From Minisyncoccota bacterium (lineage in GTDB: Bacteria > Patescibacteriota > Minisyncoccia > Phycocordibacterales > UBA9973): a stretch of 64,000 bases of DNA. Position numbers and translations under genes: made by a program. The stretch lies in assembly GCA_031413715.1 (NCBI GenBank), contig JANOFO010000011.1:18903-82902 (forward strand), read 5' to 3'. The notes beneath the pieces were generated by a model, which was given only the letters and a program-made list of their open reading frames with translations, did not search any database and was not told the DNA's origin. Shown one piece after another: positions 55,899 through 64,000 of this stretch. How positions within the stretch are numbered: the stretch's first letter is position 1; each line of letters starts with the position of its first letter.

Positions 55899-58022
55899 AT
55901 GCAAAGTAAAGAATACGAGGTAGAAATTGGCGGTAAGAAGATTACCGCGGTTTTCAGTGATTTAGCAGAGCAGGCAAATGGGTCAGTAATGCTCAAGTGC
56001 GAGGGGACAGTGATCATGGCTACAGCTGTCATTTCAAAGAGTGGAGACAATAATCCAGGATTTTTTAATTTAACAGTTGAATACTTGGAAAAGTTTTACG
56101 CGGCGGGGAAAATTTTAGGCAGTCAATTCATGCGTCGCGAAGGACGCCCTTCAGACCAAGCCATACTTGCAGCACGCATGACTGACCGTACAATCCGACC
56201 GCTGTTTGATCATCACATTAAAAATGCCGTGCAGGTTATCATCACAGTCATCGCGATCGGCAAGGCCGACCCAAAGACTCTAGCAGTAAATGCTGCATCG
56301 ATCGCGCTTCATGTATCAGACATACCATGGAAAGGCCCAGTCGGCGCAGTGCATGTAAGCAAAACCAAGGAAGATCCTACAATTAAAATAAACGATTATA
56401 TTCCAAACTCCGACGAACCTGTATACGATCTTGACTTGCTAGTCTGCGGAAAAGACAAGACTATAAATATGATCGAGGCGATGGCATTTGAACTTGGTGA
56501 AGATGAAATGGGTAATTGTTTTGACATGGCAGTGGCAGAGATAACAAAGTGGGAAGAATTCCAAGAGAAACTAAGAAAGGAATTGGGCAAGGAAAAACTT
56601 TCTTTCCCGAAAACAGAAGCCCCACAAGATGTGATCGAGCTATTTGATAAAAACGTAAAATCTATACTCGATGCGGGATTATTTAGCAAAGAAAGCAAGA
56701 AAGTAACTGCAGAGGCTGAATCTATCTGGAAAAATTTGATAAATGAGACATATCCAGTTTATGACGACAAAGATAAATATATCGCTCATGACTATATGCA
56801 TCACTATCTTGATCATGCATTTCATAATGCAGCACTAGAGAAAGGTGTGCGTGCTGACGGACGAGCCCTCGATGAAGTGCGCGGCCTTTATGCGAAAGCA
56901 GGCGAAATATCAGATGTACTGCACGGCTCAGGGATATTCTATAGAGGAGAGACTCATGTACTCTCAATACTCACGCTTGCTGGGCCTGAGAGCATGCATA
57001 CGATTGATGGCATAGAATTCTCAGCCAAGAAAAGATTTATGCATCACTACAATTTCCCTCCATACTCAAGCGGAGAGACTGGCCGCGTGGGCGGGATGAA
57101 CAGGAGAGAAATGGGTCATGGCTTTCTCGTAGAAAAAGCACTGACAGCAGTCATGCCAGATAAAATTTTGTTCCCTTACACTGTTCGCGTTGTTTCAGAA
57201 TCCGTGGCTTCAAACGGATCGACATCTCAGGCCTCAATATGTGCTTCGACTGTCGCTCTTATGGATGGAGGAGTTCCTATCAAAACTCCAGTTGCTGGTA
57301 TATCAATAGGTGCAATGATTGACCTAAAAGATAAAAATAAATATGTACTGCTCACCGATATTCAAGGACCAGAAGATCATTATGGAGATATGGACTTCAA
57401 GGTCGCGGGAACCAAAGATGGCATAACCGCCATACAGCTTGATGTAAAAGTCGACGGAATATCTGTAACTATTTTAAAAGAAGCTCTCGTTCGCGCAAAA
57501 ACAGCACGGCTTAAAATTTTGGAAACCATCACAGCTGAGCTTGCTGTACCTCGAGTAAGCATTTCGCCAAATGCTCCAATGATTCTTACCGTTAAAATCA
57601 AGAAGGATCAAATCGGCATGATTATCGGCCCAGGGGGCAAGAACGTAAACGCAATACGCGAAGAGACTGGAGCAGAGATTACAATAGAGGAAGATGGCAC
57701 AGTCTTCATCACTGGCAAAAATGGCGGGGCAGAAAAAGCAAAAAAAATTATTGAAGATATGACTCATGAGTACAAGCCAGGTGATACTGCAGAAGGTGAA
57801 GTGGTCAAACTCATGGACTTCGGTGCATTCGTACGAATCGCAGCCGGAACCGAAGGCTTGGTTCATGTATCTGAGATCGCACCATTCCGCGTAGAGAAGG
57901 TAGCTGATATACTTAAAGAGGGCGATAAAGTTCCCGTAAAAATAATAAAAGTGGATGAAAAAGGCCGCTTGAATCTATCGATCAAAGATGCTGATCCAAA
58001 CTTTTTCAAACCGAAATCGTAA
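55899..58022 (+). CDS. pnp: Polyribonucleotide nucleotidyltransferase
   Basis: LAEQANGSV..RREGRP..DRTIRPLF..HYNFPPYS..SNGSTS..DMDFKVAG; KH and S1 domains. Confidence 0.98.
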   Translation: MQSKEYEVEIGGKKITAVFSDLAEQANGSVMLKCEGTVIMATAVISKSGDNNPGFFNLTVEYLEKFYAAGKILGSQFMRREGRPSDQAILAARMTDRTIRPLFDHHIKNAVQVIITVIAIGKADPKTLAVNAASIALHVSDIPWKGPVGAVHVSKTKEDPTIKINDYIPNSDEPVYDLDLLVCGKDKTINMIEAMAFELGEDEMGNCFDMAVAEITKWEEFQEKLRKELGKEKLSFPKTEAPQDVIELFDKNVKSILDAGLFSKESKKVTAEAESIWKNLINETYPVYDDKDKYIAHDYMHHYLDHAFHNAALEKGVRADGRALDEVRGLYAKAGEISDVLHGSGIFYRGETHVLSILTLAGPESMHTIDGIEFSAKKRFMHHYNFPPYSSGETGRVGGMNRREMGHGFLVEKALTAVMPDKILFPYTVRVVSESVASNGSTSQASICASTVALMDGGVPIKTPVAGISIGAMIDLKDKNKYVLLTDIQGPEDHYGDMDFKVAGTKDGITAIQLDVKVDGISVTILKEALVRAKTARLKILETITAELAVPRVSISPNAPMILTVKIKKDQIGMIIGPGGKNVNAIREETGAEITIEEDGTVFITGKNGGAEKAKKIIEDMTHEYKPGDTAEGEVVKLMDFGAFVRIAAGTEGLVHVSEIAPFRVEKVADILKEGDKVPVKIIKVDEKGRLNLSIKDADPNFFKPKS

Positions 58023-58044
58023 ATGGGTACAAAAATCTAATAGA

Positions 58045-58944
58045 ATGGAAGAAAATAAATCCCAACAAAATAGTACCGGAGAGAATTTGAAGACGATTCA
58101 TACATATACGTCCGATATGGCTGATGCTGTTCGTGAAAACGAAGCGACGGTTATAAAGATAGCTCTCGCTGAAAAAGATAAGCGTGAACAGGAAGATATG
58201 TATAAAAAAGCACAGGGAACAGGAATTTCAAAATTCTTTTTAACTCTGGGAGGAATTATTCTTTTAGTTGGCGCTAGTATCCTCGTCTATTTCTTGATGC
58301 AAAGGAATGGGGCTATAAATGCACCCGTGAAAGCTCCAACAGCTGTTCCGGCAATTATATCGTACGATGATCAATCTTTCGTTGACCTTTCAAATGCCAC
58401 AAGTGCAAGCGACGTGACAGAAGCGATCAATCTCGAAGTGGAAAAGGGTGGAGCGCTCGGATCCATAAAGTCGCTATTATTAACAAAATTCGCGGAAGGA
58501 AAAGCGCAACTCTTTCCATTTGACGATTTTTTATCTTTGACTAAGATTGCGCCACCTCAAACACTCGTGCGTACGCTGAGCGGTGAGTACATGGTGGGAA
58601 TATATACATCAGAATCATCTAGAGCCCATTTATTCATGGTAGTACAGGTAAAAGATTTCAATCAAGCGTATGCCGCTCTCTTGGAATGGGAAAAAACAAT
58701 GCTCGATGACTTGTTTATCCTTTTCCATATTGACGTTTCAGGTGATCACAGTTCACTTTTCGAAAAACCTTGGAACGACATCATCATAAACAACAAGGAT
58801 GCACGTATTTTGTATGATGAGAGTGGAGATGATGTTCTCTATTATGTGTTTGCCGATAAAAACAATCTAATCATTGCTGATAATCAGGATGCTATTGAGG
58901 AAATTACTGCTCGCCTTCTCGTAAAAAATACGAAACCGCTTTAA
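58045..58944 (+). CDS. Hypothetical single-TM membrane protein
   Basis: IHTYTSDMA..one TM..WEKTM..DIIINNKDARIL. Confidence 0.7.
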   Translation: MEENKSQQNSTGENLKTIHTYTSDMADAVRENEATVIKIALAEKDKREQEDMYKKAQGTGISKFFLTLGGIILLVGASILVYFLMQRNGAINAPVKAPTAVPAIISYDDQSFVDLSNATSASDVTEAINLEVEKGGALGSIKSLLLTKFAEGKAQLFPFDDFLSLTKIAPPQTLVRTLSGEYMVGIYTSESSRAHLFMVVQVKDFNQAYAALLEWEKTMLDDLFILFHIDVSGDHSSLFEKPWNDIIINNKDARILYDESGDDVLYYVFADKNNLIIADNQDAIEEITARLLVKNTKPL

Positions 58945-59051
58945 GATTGCCATTTATAATAATAATGCTACTATTAAAAATACCTGTCCCGTTAAAAAAT
59001 CCACGAACAGGGATATACACGAAAAGATTATTATTTAAATTTTTTAATGAG

Positions 59052-59411
59052 ATGAATAAAGATATATACAAGAAAAAATTGGAAGAGGAGAAAAAACTGC
59101 TTGAAGAAGAGCTTGGTGCTTTGGGCCGTATTGATAAAACTACCGGCGAGTGGGAAGCTACTCCAGAAGCCCAAACTGCGCCAGAAGCTGATGAAAATGA
59201 CTTGGCTGACCGCAACGAAGATTATGAAGAGAGAACAGCTACGATGTCGGCCCTTATGGCAAGACTCGAAGATATAGACAAGGCTCTTATGAAGATAGAT
59301 GGTGAGGAATATGGCATATGTGAGTCTTGCGGTAAAAAAATAGAAGACGATCGCTTGGAAGCAAATCCTAGTGCACGCACATGTAAAGAGTGCATGGACA
59401 AGGCGCTATAG
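59052..59411 (+). CDS. TraR/DksA C4-type zinc finger protein
   Basis: DENDLAD coiled-coil tip; YGICESCG..RLEANPSARTCKEC. Confidence 0.92.
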   Translation: MNKDIYKKKLEEEKKLLEEELGALGRIDKTTGEWEATPEAQTAPEADENDLADRNEDYEERTATMSALMARLEDIDKALMKIDGEEYGICESCGKKIEDDRLEANPSARTCKECMDKAL

Positions 59412-59488
59412 TTAATCCTCCTGTTTAGAAAAACTTTAAAATAGAATCTATATGATAAAAAAGGGAACATATGTTCTCTTTTTTATTT

Positions 59489-61075
59489 ATGTCATTCTCA
59501 CGCGTTTATTCTGCACAGACACATTTATTGAAAGGAAGAGTTGTCACTGTAGAAGTAGATATTACAAAAAATACACTTCATGCATTTACTCTGGTCGGCT
59601 TGCCTGATAAAGCAGTCGATGAATCAAAAGATCGCATGAGTTCTGCCCTCAAGAATTCTGGCTTTGCTTCGCCTAAAAATCAGAATCAGAAAATAGTTAT
59701 CTCTCTTTCACCAGCGGATTTAAAAAAAGAAGGTCCGTATTTTGATTTGGCTATCGCTTTAGCATATCTTCTGTCCGCCGAAGAGATAGATTTCGATCCA
59801 GAGAGTAGACTGTTCCTCGGTGAATTATCTCTCAACGGCGAACTCCAATCTATAAAAGGCGCTCTACCACTAACCCAAGAGGCTAAGCGTTTAGGCTATA
59901 GAGAAATATTTCTGCCGAAACAAAATGCGAGAGAAGCTGCACTTGTAGAAGGTATAATTGTATATGGAGCCGAAACATTAAAAGAGGTCATAGATCACAT
60001 TTATAAAATAAAGAGAGATAAAAAAGGGAATCCTCTCGAGCAAGAGCGAACAAAACTTTTACCTACTCCGAAAACAGAAATTATTCACGAACAAAGGGAA
60101 CCTGCTATCGACTTTGCAGATATTCGTGGACAGGAAGGTGCGAAACGAGGAATCGAAATTGCTGCAGCCGGAGGACACAACATTGCCATGTCAGGCCCGC
60201 CTGGCACTGGTAAGACAATGCTTGCACGAGTATTTTCATATATATTGCCAGACCTTAAAAATGAAGAAATTTTAGAAATTACTGGCATACACTCAGTTGT
60301 GGGTTTACTTGAAAATGATCTAGTTACAGAGTCGCCATTTCGCGCTCCACATCATACCGCAAGCTATGTATCAATGATCGGCGGAGGAGCAAATCCAAAA
60401 CCAGGAGAGGTAACACTAGCTCATAGAGGCGTTCTTTTTCTAGACGAATTTACTGAATTTGAAAAAAGAGTACTAGAATCTCTGCGCCAACCGCTTGAGG
60501 ATAACGTCGTGTCGATTTCGCGTGCTCGCGGGTCTGCAATATTCCCATCAAACTTTATTCTCGTCGCGGCCATGAATCCATGTCCATGCGGAAACAAAGG
60601 CAACAAACAGAAAAAATGCATCTGCAAACCTCACGATCTAGATAGATACAATAGGAAATTATCAGGTCCCATTATGGACCGCATTGATATCTGGGTAACT
60701 GTGGGTGTTGTTGATTATGAAAAGCTATCAAGCTCTGAGCAATTAGGAGAGAGAACTATTTCAATCAAAGAAAGAGTGAGAAAAGCTCGGGATATACAAA
60801 CAAAAAGGTTCAAATCTATACAAGAAGAAAATTCTGCACGGAAAATAAACACTAACAGCGATATGAATGTAAAAGATTTGGCAATATATGCACCCCTTAC
60901 GCCAGATATAAAAAAGCTACTCAATGATTCGGCTGAACGCTTGCAACTCTCTGCTCGAGCATACCATCGCACCATCAAACTCGCCCGTACAATCGCCGAC
61001 CTTGAAGGAAGTGAATCCATCACTTCCGCCCATATCCTCGAAGCTTTACAGTATAGACCCCGTACACAAAATTAG
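59489..61075 (+). CDS. comM: YifB/ComM Mg-chelatase-like AAA+ ATPase
   Basis: VGLPD..LSPADLKKEG..GPPGTGKTM..RAPHH..FLDE..AMNPCPCG..ARTIADL. Confidence 0.92.
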   Translation: MSFSRVYSAQTHLLKGRVVTVEVDITKNTLHAFTLVGLPDKAVDESKDRMSSALKNSGFASPKNQNQKIVISLSPADLKKEGPYFDLAIALAYLLSAEEIDFDPESRLFLGELSLNGELQSIKGALPLTQEAKRLGYREIFLPKQNAREAALVEGIIVYGAETLKEVIDHIYKIKRDKKGNPLEQERTKLLPTPKTEIIHEQREPAIDFADIRGQEGAKRGIEIAAAGGHNIAMSGPPGTGKTMLARVFSYILPDLKNEEILEITGIHSVVGLLENDLVTESPFRAPHHTASYVSMIGGGANPKPGEVTLAHRGVLFLDEFTEFEKRVLESLRQPLEDNVVSISRARGSAIFPSNFILVAAMNPCPCGNKGNKQKKCICKPHDLDRYNRKLSGPIMDRIDIWVTVGVVDYEKLSSSEQLGERTISIKERVRKARDIQTKRFKSIQEENSARKINTNSDMNVKDLAIYAPLTPDIKKLLNDSAERLQLSARAYHRTIKLARTIADLEGSESITSAHILEALQYRPRTQN

Positions 61076-61090
61076 CATTAAGATTATCCT

Positions 61091-61124
61091 ATAATCAACA
61101 CAAGCGATAGCACGACATGATTAT
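61091..61124. repeat. Degenerate palindrome, left flank of the PaaX/Cas2-like gene
   Basis: ATAATCA-ACACAAGCGATAGCACGACA-TGATTAT, overlapping the start codon. Confidence 0.55.
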
Positions 61125-61596
61125 TGCTGAAAAAATATTAACACTTCTTAATACCCAAACATCTCGATACAAGGGAGTCCCGTTAAACATATTCGGACTG
61201 CCAGTATTTAAGGAACACCATCCGCAATCAATACGAAATACCGTTTCTAAACTCCACTCTCAAAATCTTATTTTGTACTCAGGATCTTCAATGAAAATAA
61301 CAAAAAATGGTAAAAATTATTTAAAAAGAAGAAGCGTACTCCTGCAAACATTCGAATCTCCATTTAATGATATTCAACCAAAAAACTTACTAGTTTTATT
61401 TGATATTCCTGAAAATCGAAAAGCTGAGCGAGAATGGCTTAGAAGACATCTACGGAGATTCGGATACCATATGATCCAAAAGAGCGTTTGGGTTGGACCT
61501 TCGCCGCTACCTCAAGAATTTATCACTTATATAAAGAAGATACAGCTTAAGGATTCGATAAAAACCTTCAAACTCGCAAAACCATACCTAGGATGA
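61117..61596 (+). CDS. PaaX-like wHTH + Cas2-like domain protein
   Basis: SIRNTVSKL..ITKNG (wHTH); LVLFDIPE..RKAEREWLR..GY.MIQKSVWV. Confidence 0.8.
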   Translation: MIIAEKILTLLNTQTSRYKGVPLNIFGLPVFKEHHPQSIRNTVSKLHSQNLILYSGSSMKITKNGKNYLKRRSVLLQTFESPFNDIQPKNLLVLFDIPENRKAEREWLRRHLRRFGYHMIQKSVWVGPSPLPQEFITYIKKIQLKDSIKTFKLAKPYLG

Positions 61597-61605
61597 GATA
61601 AACCT

Positions 61606-61641
61606 CATAATCACAGCAAGCGATCGCTTGTCGTGATTATG
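61606..61641. repeat. 36-bp palindrome, right flank of the PaaX/Cas2-like gene
   Basis: CATAATCACAGCAAGCGA-TCGCTTGTCGTGATTATG. Confidence 0.65.
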
Positions 61642-61654
61642 AACAAATATAAAA

Positions 61655-62431
61655 TTAGATTTCTTTATTTAATCTTTTTGCTTCTACCCAAGCGAGCTCG
61701 TAGATTTTCTTCATTGCATCAGCAATTTCAGCTGACTCGATAATGATACCGAGCTTCTCTCGCCAGGATGCGATCATAACTTTGTTGTCGTATATATTAA
61801 TTTCCGGTGAGAAATAAAATTTATCAGCTGGAACAAACGCTGTTTCTCTTGATTCTTCTTTATCTTTCGACCTTCTTTCGACACCAACTTCAGTTTTTGG
61901 AATAATAGCGCGGATTGAGATACCGTTACTAGCACGACGCTTATAATACTTAGGAAAATAGTTCGGCAATGCTGCATGCATATCATCAACTGTTGCATAC
62001 GCACGGATCGGCTCATGGGATGTCAGAGTATCCTCGTATACTTCTATCAACCCTTCGACGCCTTCGTAAAATCTGACACGCGAACGATCGGAAACATTGT
62101 GAATCGATTTGAGTTCAGGAATAATGTCTTCACTTTTTTTTAGTGCTTCATGCTTCTGTTTGATATCTTCAGTGATGAATCTACTCAAATTCTCTGGCGA
62201 CTCAGCGCTGTATTCTTGCTTAGGTTCTTTGCCTGAGATACTGACGAGACCCTTGGCGGATAGGGAATCGAGGATATCATAGCCAGTAGTGCGATTTATA
62301 TTAGCCCTACGCGAGATAGCTGAAACCGTCCCACGCCCAAGCTCAAGAAGCGAGATATACACACCCGCTTCCTTATCGGAAAGACCTACTTCTACTAACT
62401 TGTTCCGAAGTTGTACTTGCTCTTTTTTCAC
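61655..62431 (-). CDS. TrmB family transcriptional regulator
   Basis: GLSDKEAGVYISLLELG..INRTTGYDIL..RVRFYEG..EINIYDNKV. Confidence 0.9.
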   Translation of the reverse strand: MKKEQVQLRNKLVEVGLSDKEAGVYISLLELGRGTVSAISRRANINRTTGYDILDSLSAKGLVSISGKEPKQEYSAESPENLSRFITEDIKQKHEALKKSEDIIPELKSIHNVSDRSRVRFYEGVEGLIEVYEDTLTSHEPIRAYATVDDMHAALPNYFPKYYKRRASNGISIRAIIPKTEVGVERRSKDKEESRETAFVPADKFYFSPEINIYDNKVMIASWREKLGIIIESAEIADAMKKIYELAWVEAKRLNKEI

Positions 62432-62620
62432 ACTTTAATTATATATTATGGTCTACATTTGTGTCAATTTATTTCCACGATTTTCCTTTTTCTAATTTTT
62501 AACCCTATTTATATGCTATTTTATATATCATTTTTGACGATACTGCTTGACAAATAATATATTTTGTTTATTCTTAACTAGAAAACAAAATTTCGCTCAT
62601 CAAAAACTAAAGGAGGGACT

Positions 62621-63790
62621 ATGAATATAATGTTGCAAATTTGGGGAGGATTATTTTATCTTCTTGCAAAAATTTTTCTCGCAAAAACTGCTGATAAAAA
62701 AGAGTCTCCGCTTAGGCGGCTAGGATGGCTAACATATCTTTTTGGGGCACCCGCATGGATTATTTTGCTTGCCTTAGATAAAAATTGGATAGCTATGGGA
62801 GTAGAAGCGGGTGGCATTCCATCAATGATAGTTGGTCTGGTAAATTCGAAATCAAAAAGAATAAAAAGGATTATACACTGGTTATTATTTTTCCTTATTA
62901 GTTCAAGCATTGTTTATAGTGTTTATGATAAAAATGGTTTTAACACTACTTCTCAATACCTTGAATTGGGAGTGACTCTAGGATTTTTGATTGGAACTTA
63001 CCTACTATCCCAAGAAAATATTTATGGGTGGCTATGGTTCATGTTGATGAACGCAAGTATGGCAATACTAATGTCTATAAATGAAAAGTGGATACTTGTA
63101 ACACTCCAGTTAGTATCTTTATGCATTGTTACCTATGGGTTCTGGAAATCACTCAAAAAGTCTCGACGAAACGAGGGTAATATGGATATAAGCCATTTTT
63201 ATGACATCTTTGTTAATTTTTTCAGCAAAAGGAAATTAATTAAAGTTCAGAAAAAGAGACTGAAAAAATTCCTCCAAGACAATTATTGGGATTTAAAGGA
63301 TCGTAATCCTATGGGTTATATCTGTAAATATTTCAACTGGGAATTCACTGAGCCTAAAGAAAAAGGCTGCATGATTGAGCTGGGAACAATGCCTGATTGC
63401 GATTTTAAATTTACTATTTGGCATAACAAACCATGTATGGAGGAAGACGGACCAAACCCTGGAGAAGGATCCCCACATTGTTTGAATCAGCTAAAAGGCG
63501 ATGAGAAATATTTTACGGTAGAATTATTTGAATTGAACAGCGGTTGGAAAACATACGACACCGGCAGGCCAAGCGGTTATTCAGATACATTCATTTGTAC
63601 AATCCACATTTTGAGGGAAAATTTCACCTTTAAAGAAATGAATATAGGGGAATGGTATCTAGGAACATGCGAAATACCTTTCTTGTTCAATTTTAAGGGT
63701 ACAGGGCGTTCAGGTAGCTTAGTTCTGAAATTTGATCACAAGAATAAAGCTCGTGGAGAATGCACATTGTTTTTTCCAAACTTATTATAA
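62621..63790 (+). CDS. Multi-TM membrane protein (PnuC-like N-half) fused to an unknown soluble domain
   Basis: About 7 hydrophobic helices with a repeated GW.. motif and YGFWK, then about 200 hydrophilic aa. Confidence 0.55.
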   Translation: MNIMLQIWGGLFYLLAKIFLAKTADKKESPLRRLGWLTYLFGAPAWIILLALDKNWIAMGVEAGGIPSMIVGLVNSKSKRIKRIIHWLLFFLISSSIVYSVYDKNGFNTTSQYLELGVTLGFLIGTYLLSQENIYGWLWFMLMNASMAILMSINEKWILVTLQLVSLCIVTYGFWKSLKKSRRNEGNMDISHFYDIFVNFFSKRKLIKVQKKRLKKFLQDNYWDLKDRNPMGYICKYFNWEFTEPKEKGCMIELGTMPDCDFKFTIWHNKPCMEEDGPNPGEGSPHCLNQLKGDEKYFTVELFELNSGWKTYDTGRPSGYSDTFICTIHILRENFTFKEMNIGEWYLGTCEIPFLFNFKGTGRSGSLVLKFDHKNKARGECTLFFPNLL

Positions 63791-63886
63791 AACAGTTAAT
63801 TTTTAAACCAGAGAAGAATCCGCCAAAAGTTTTCTTCTCTGCTTTATAAAGTTAATTTAGTGCTATTATTAATTAGTAATATAAAT

Positions 63887-64000
63887 ATGACCAAGCAAAA
63901 TTGTAAAACATGTGAAAAAGAGATTGAGATCCGCAATGAAGACATCGTATTTTACGAGCAAATGAAGGTAGATATTTCAAATTTTTGTCCCGAATGCAGA
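63887..64000 (+). CDS. Cys-rich zinc-ribbon protein, paralogue of 41407-43104 (5' part only)
   Basis: MTKQNCKTCEKEIEIRNEDIVFYEQMKVDISNFCPECR aligns with METRSCQNCKKDFGIDERDQLYYKKINVPYPTWCPECR. Confidence 0.75.
   Translation, partial: MTKQNCKTCEKEIEIRNEDIVFYEQMKVDISNFCPECR

Noticed and set aside
61117-61641. CRISPR-Cas locus suggested by the Cas2-like motif
   Set aside because: No cas1 or effector genes and no repeat-spacer array; the protein has a PaaX-type wHTH N-terminus
1-64000. Alternative genetic code (UGA read as Gly, as in Gracilibacteria/SR1)
   Set aside because: Conserved genes are intact under code 11 and several ORFs end at TGA at plausible positions

Overview
Bacterial chromosomal window (genetic code 11) whose features point to Patescibacteria/CPR, probably Parcubacteria. 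This is an inference from the lysine-rich r-protein extensions, tRNA-Arg(UCG), four TrmB paralogues, a CxxC-rich zinc-ribbon family, a PaaX/Cas2-like gene and short dispersed palindromes. Bases 1-10.7 kb carry tuf and the S10/spc r-protein cluster on the minus strand. rpmC is absent from its usual slot, and the cluster is interrupted between rplB and rpsS by a DUF559 nuclease flanked by REP-like hairpins, dgkA and an orphan gene. Next come two surface proteins (one with a Hint autoprocessing domain followed by an 8-Cys tail), a lipoprotein, and an AT-rich amino-sugar-modifying island with no glycosyltransferase (15.4-24.2 kb). The rest mixes housekeeping genes (nusA, ppa, tig, clpP, rny, HU, four tRNAs, yraN, cca, xth, xerC/D-like, rpsO, pnp, dksA-like, comM/yifB) with accessory genes. 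The most notable observations are: (1) a YerC/HisR-type repressor gene ending in His-His-His and followed by a 1:2/2:3/3:4 attenuator-like RNA, upstream of a Thr-Ser-Gly-MIO histidine ammonia-lyase and a nitrilase; (2) the Hint-domain membrane protein; (3) several families of small palindromic or periodic repeats tied to nuclease-like genes; (4) candidate small RNAs. All calls come from reading motifs by eye; no database search or folding program was run.
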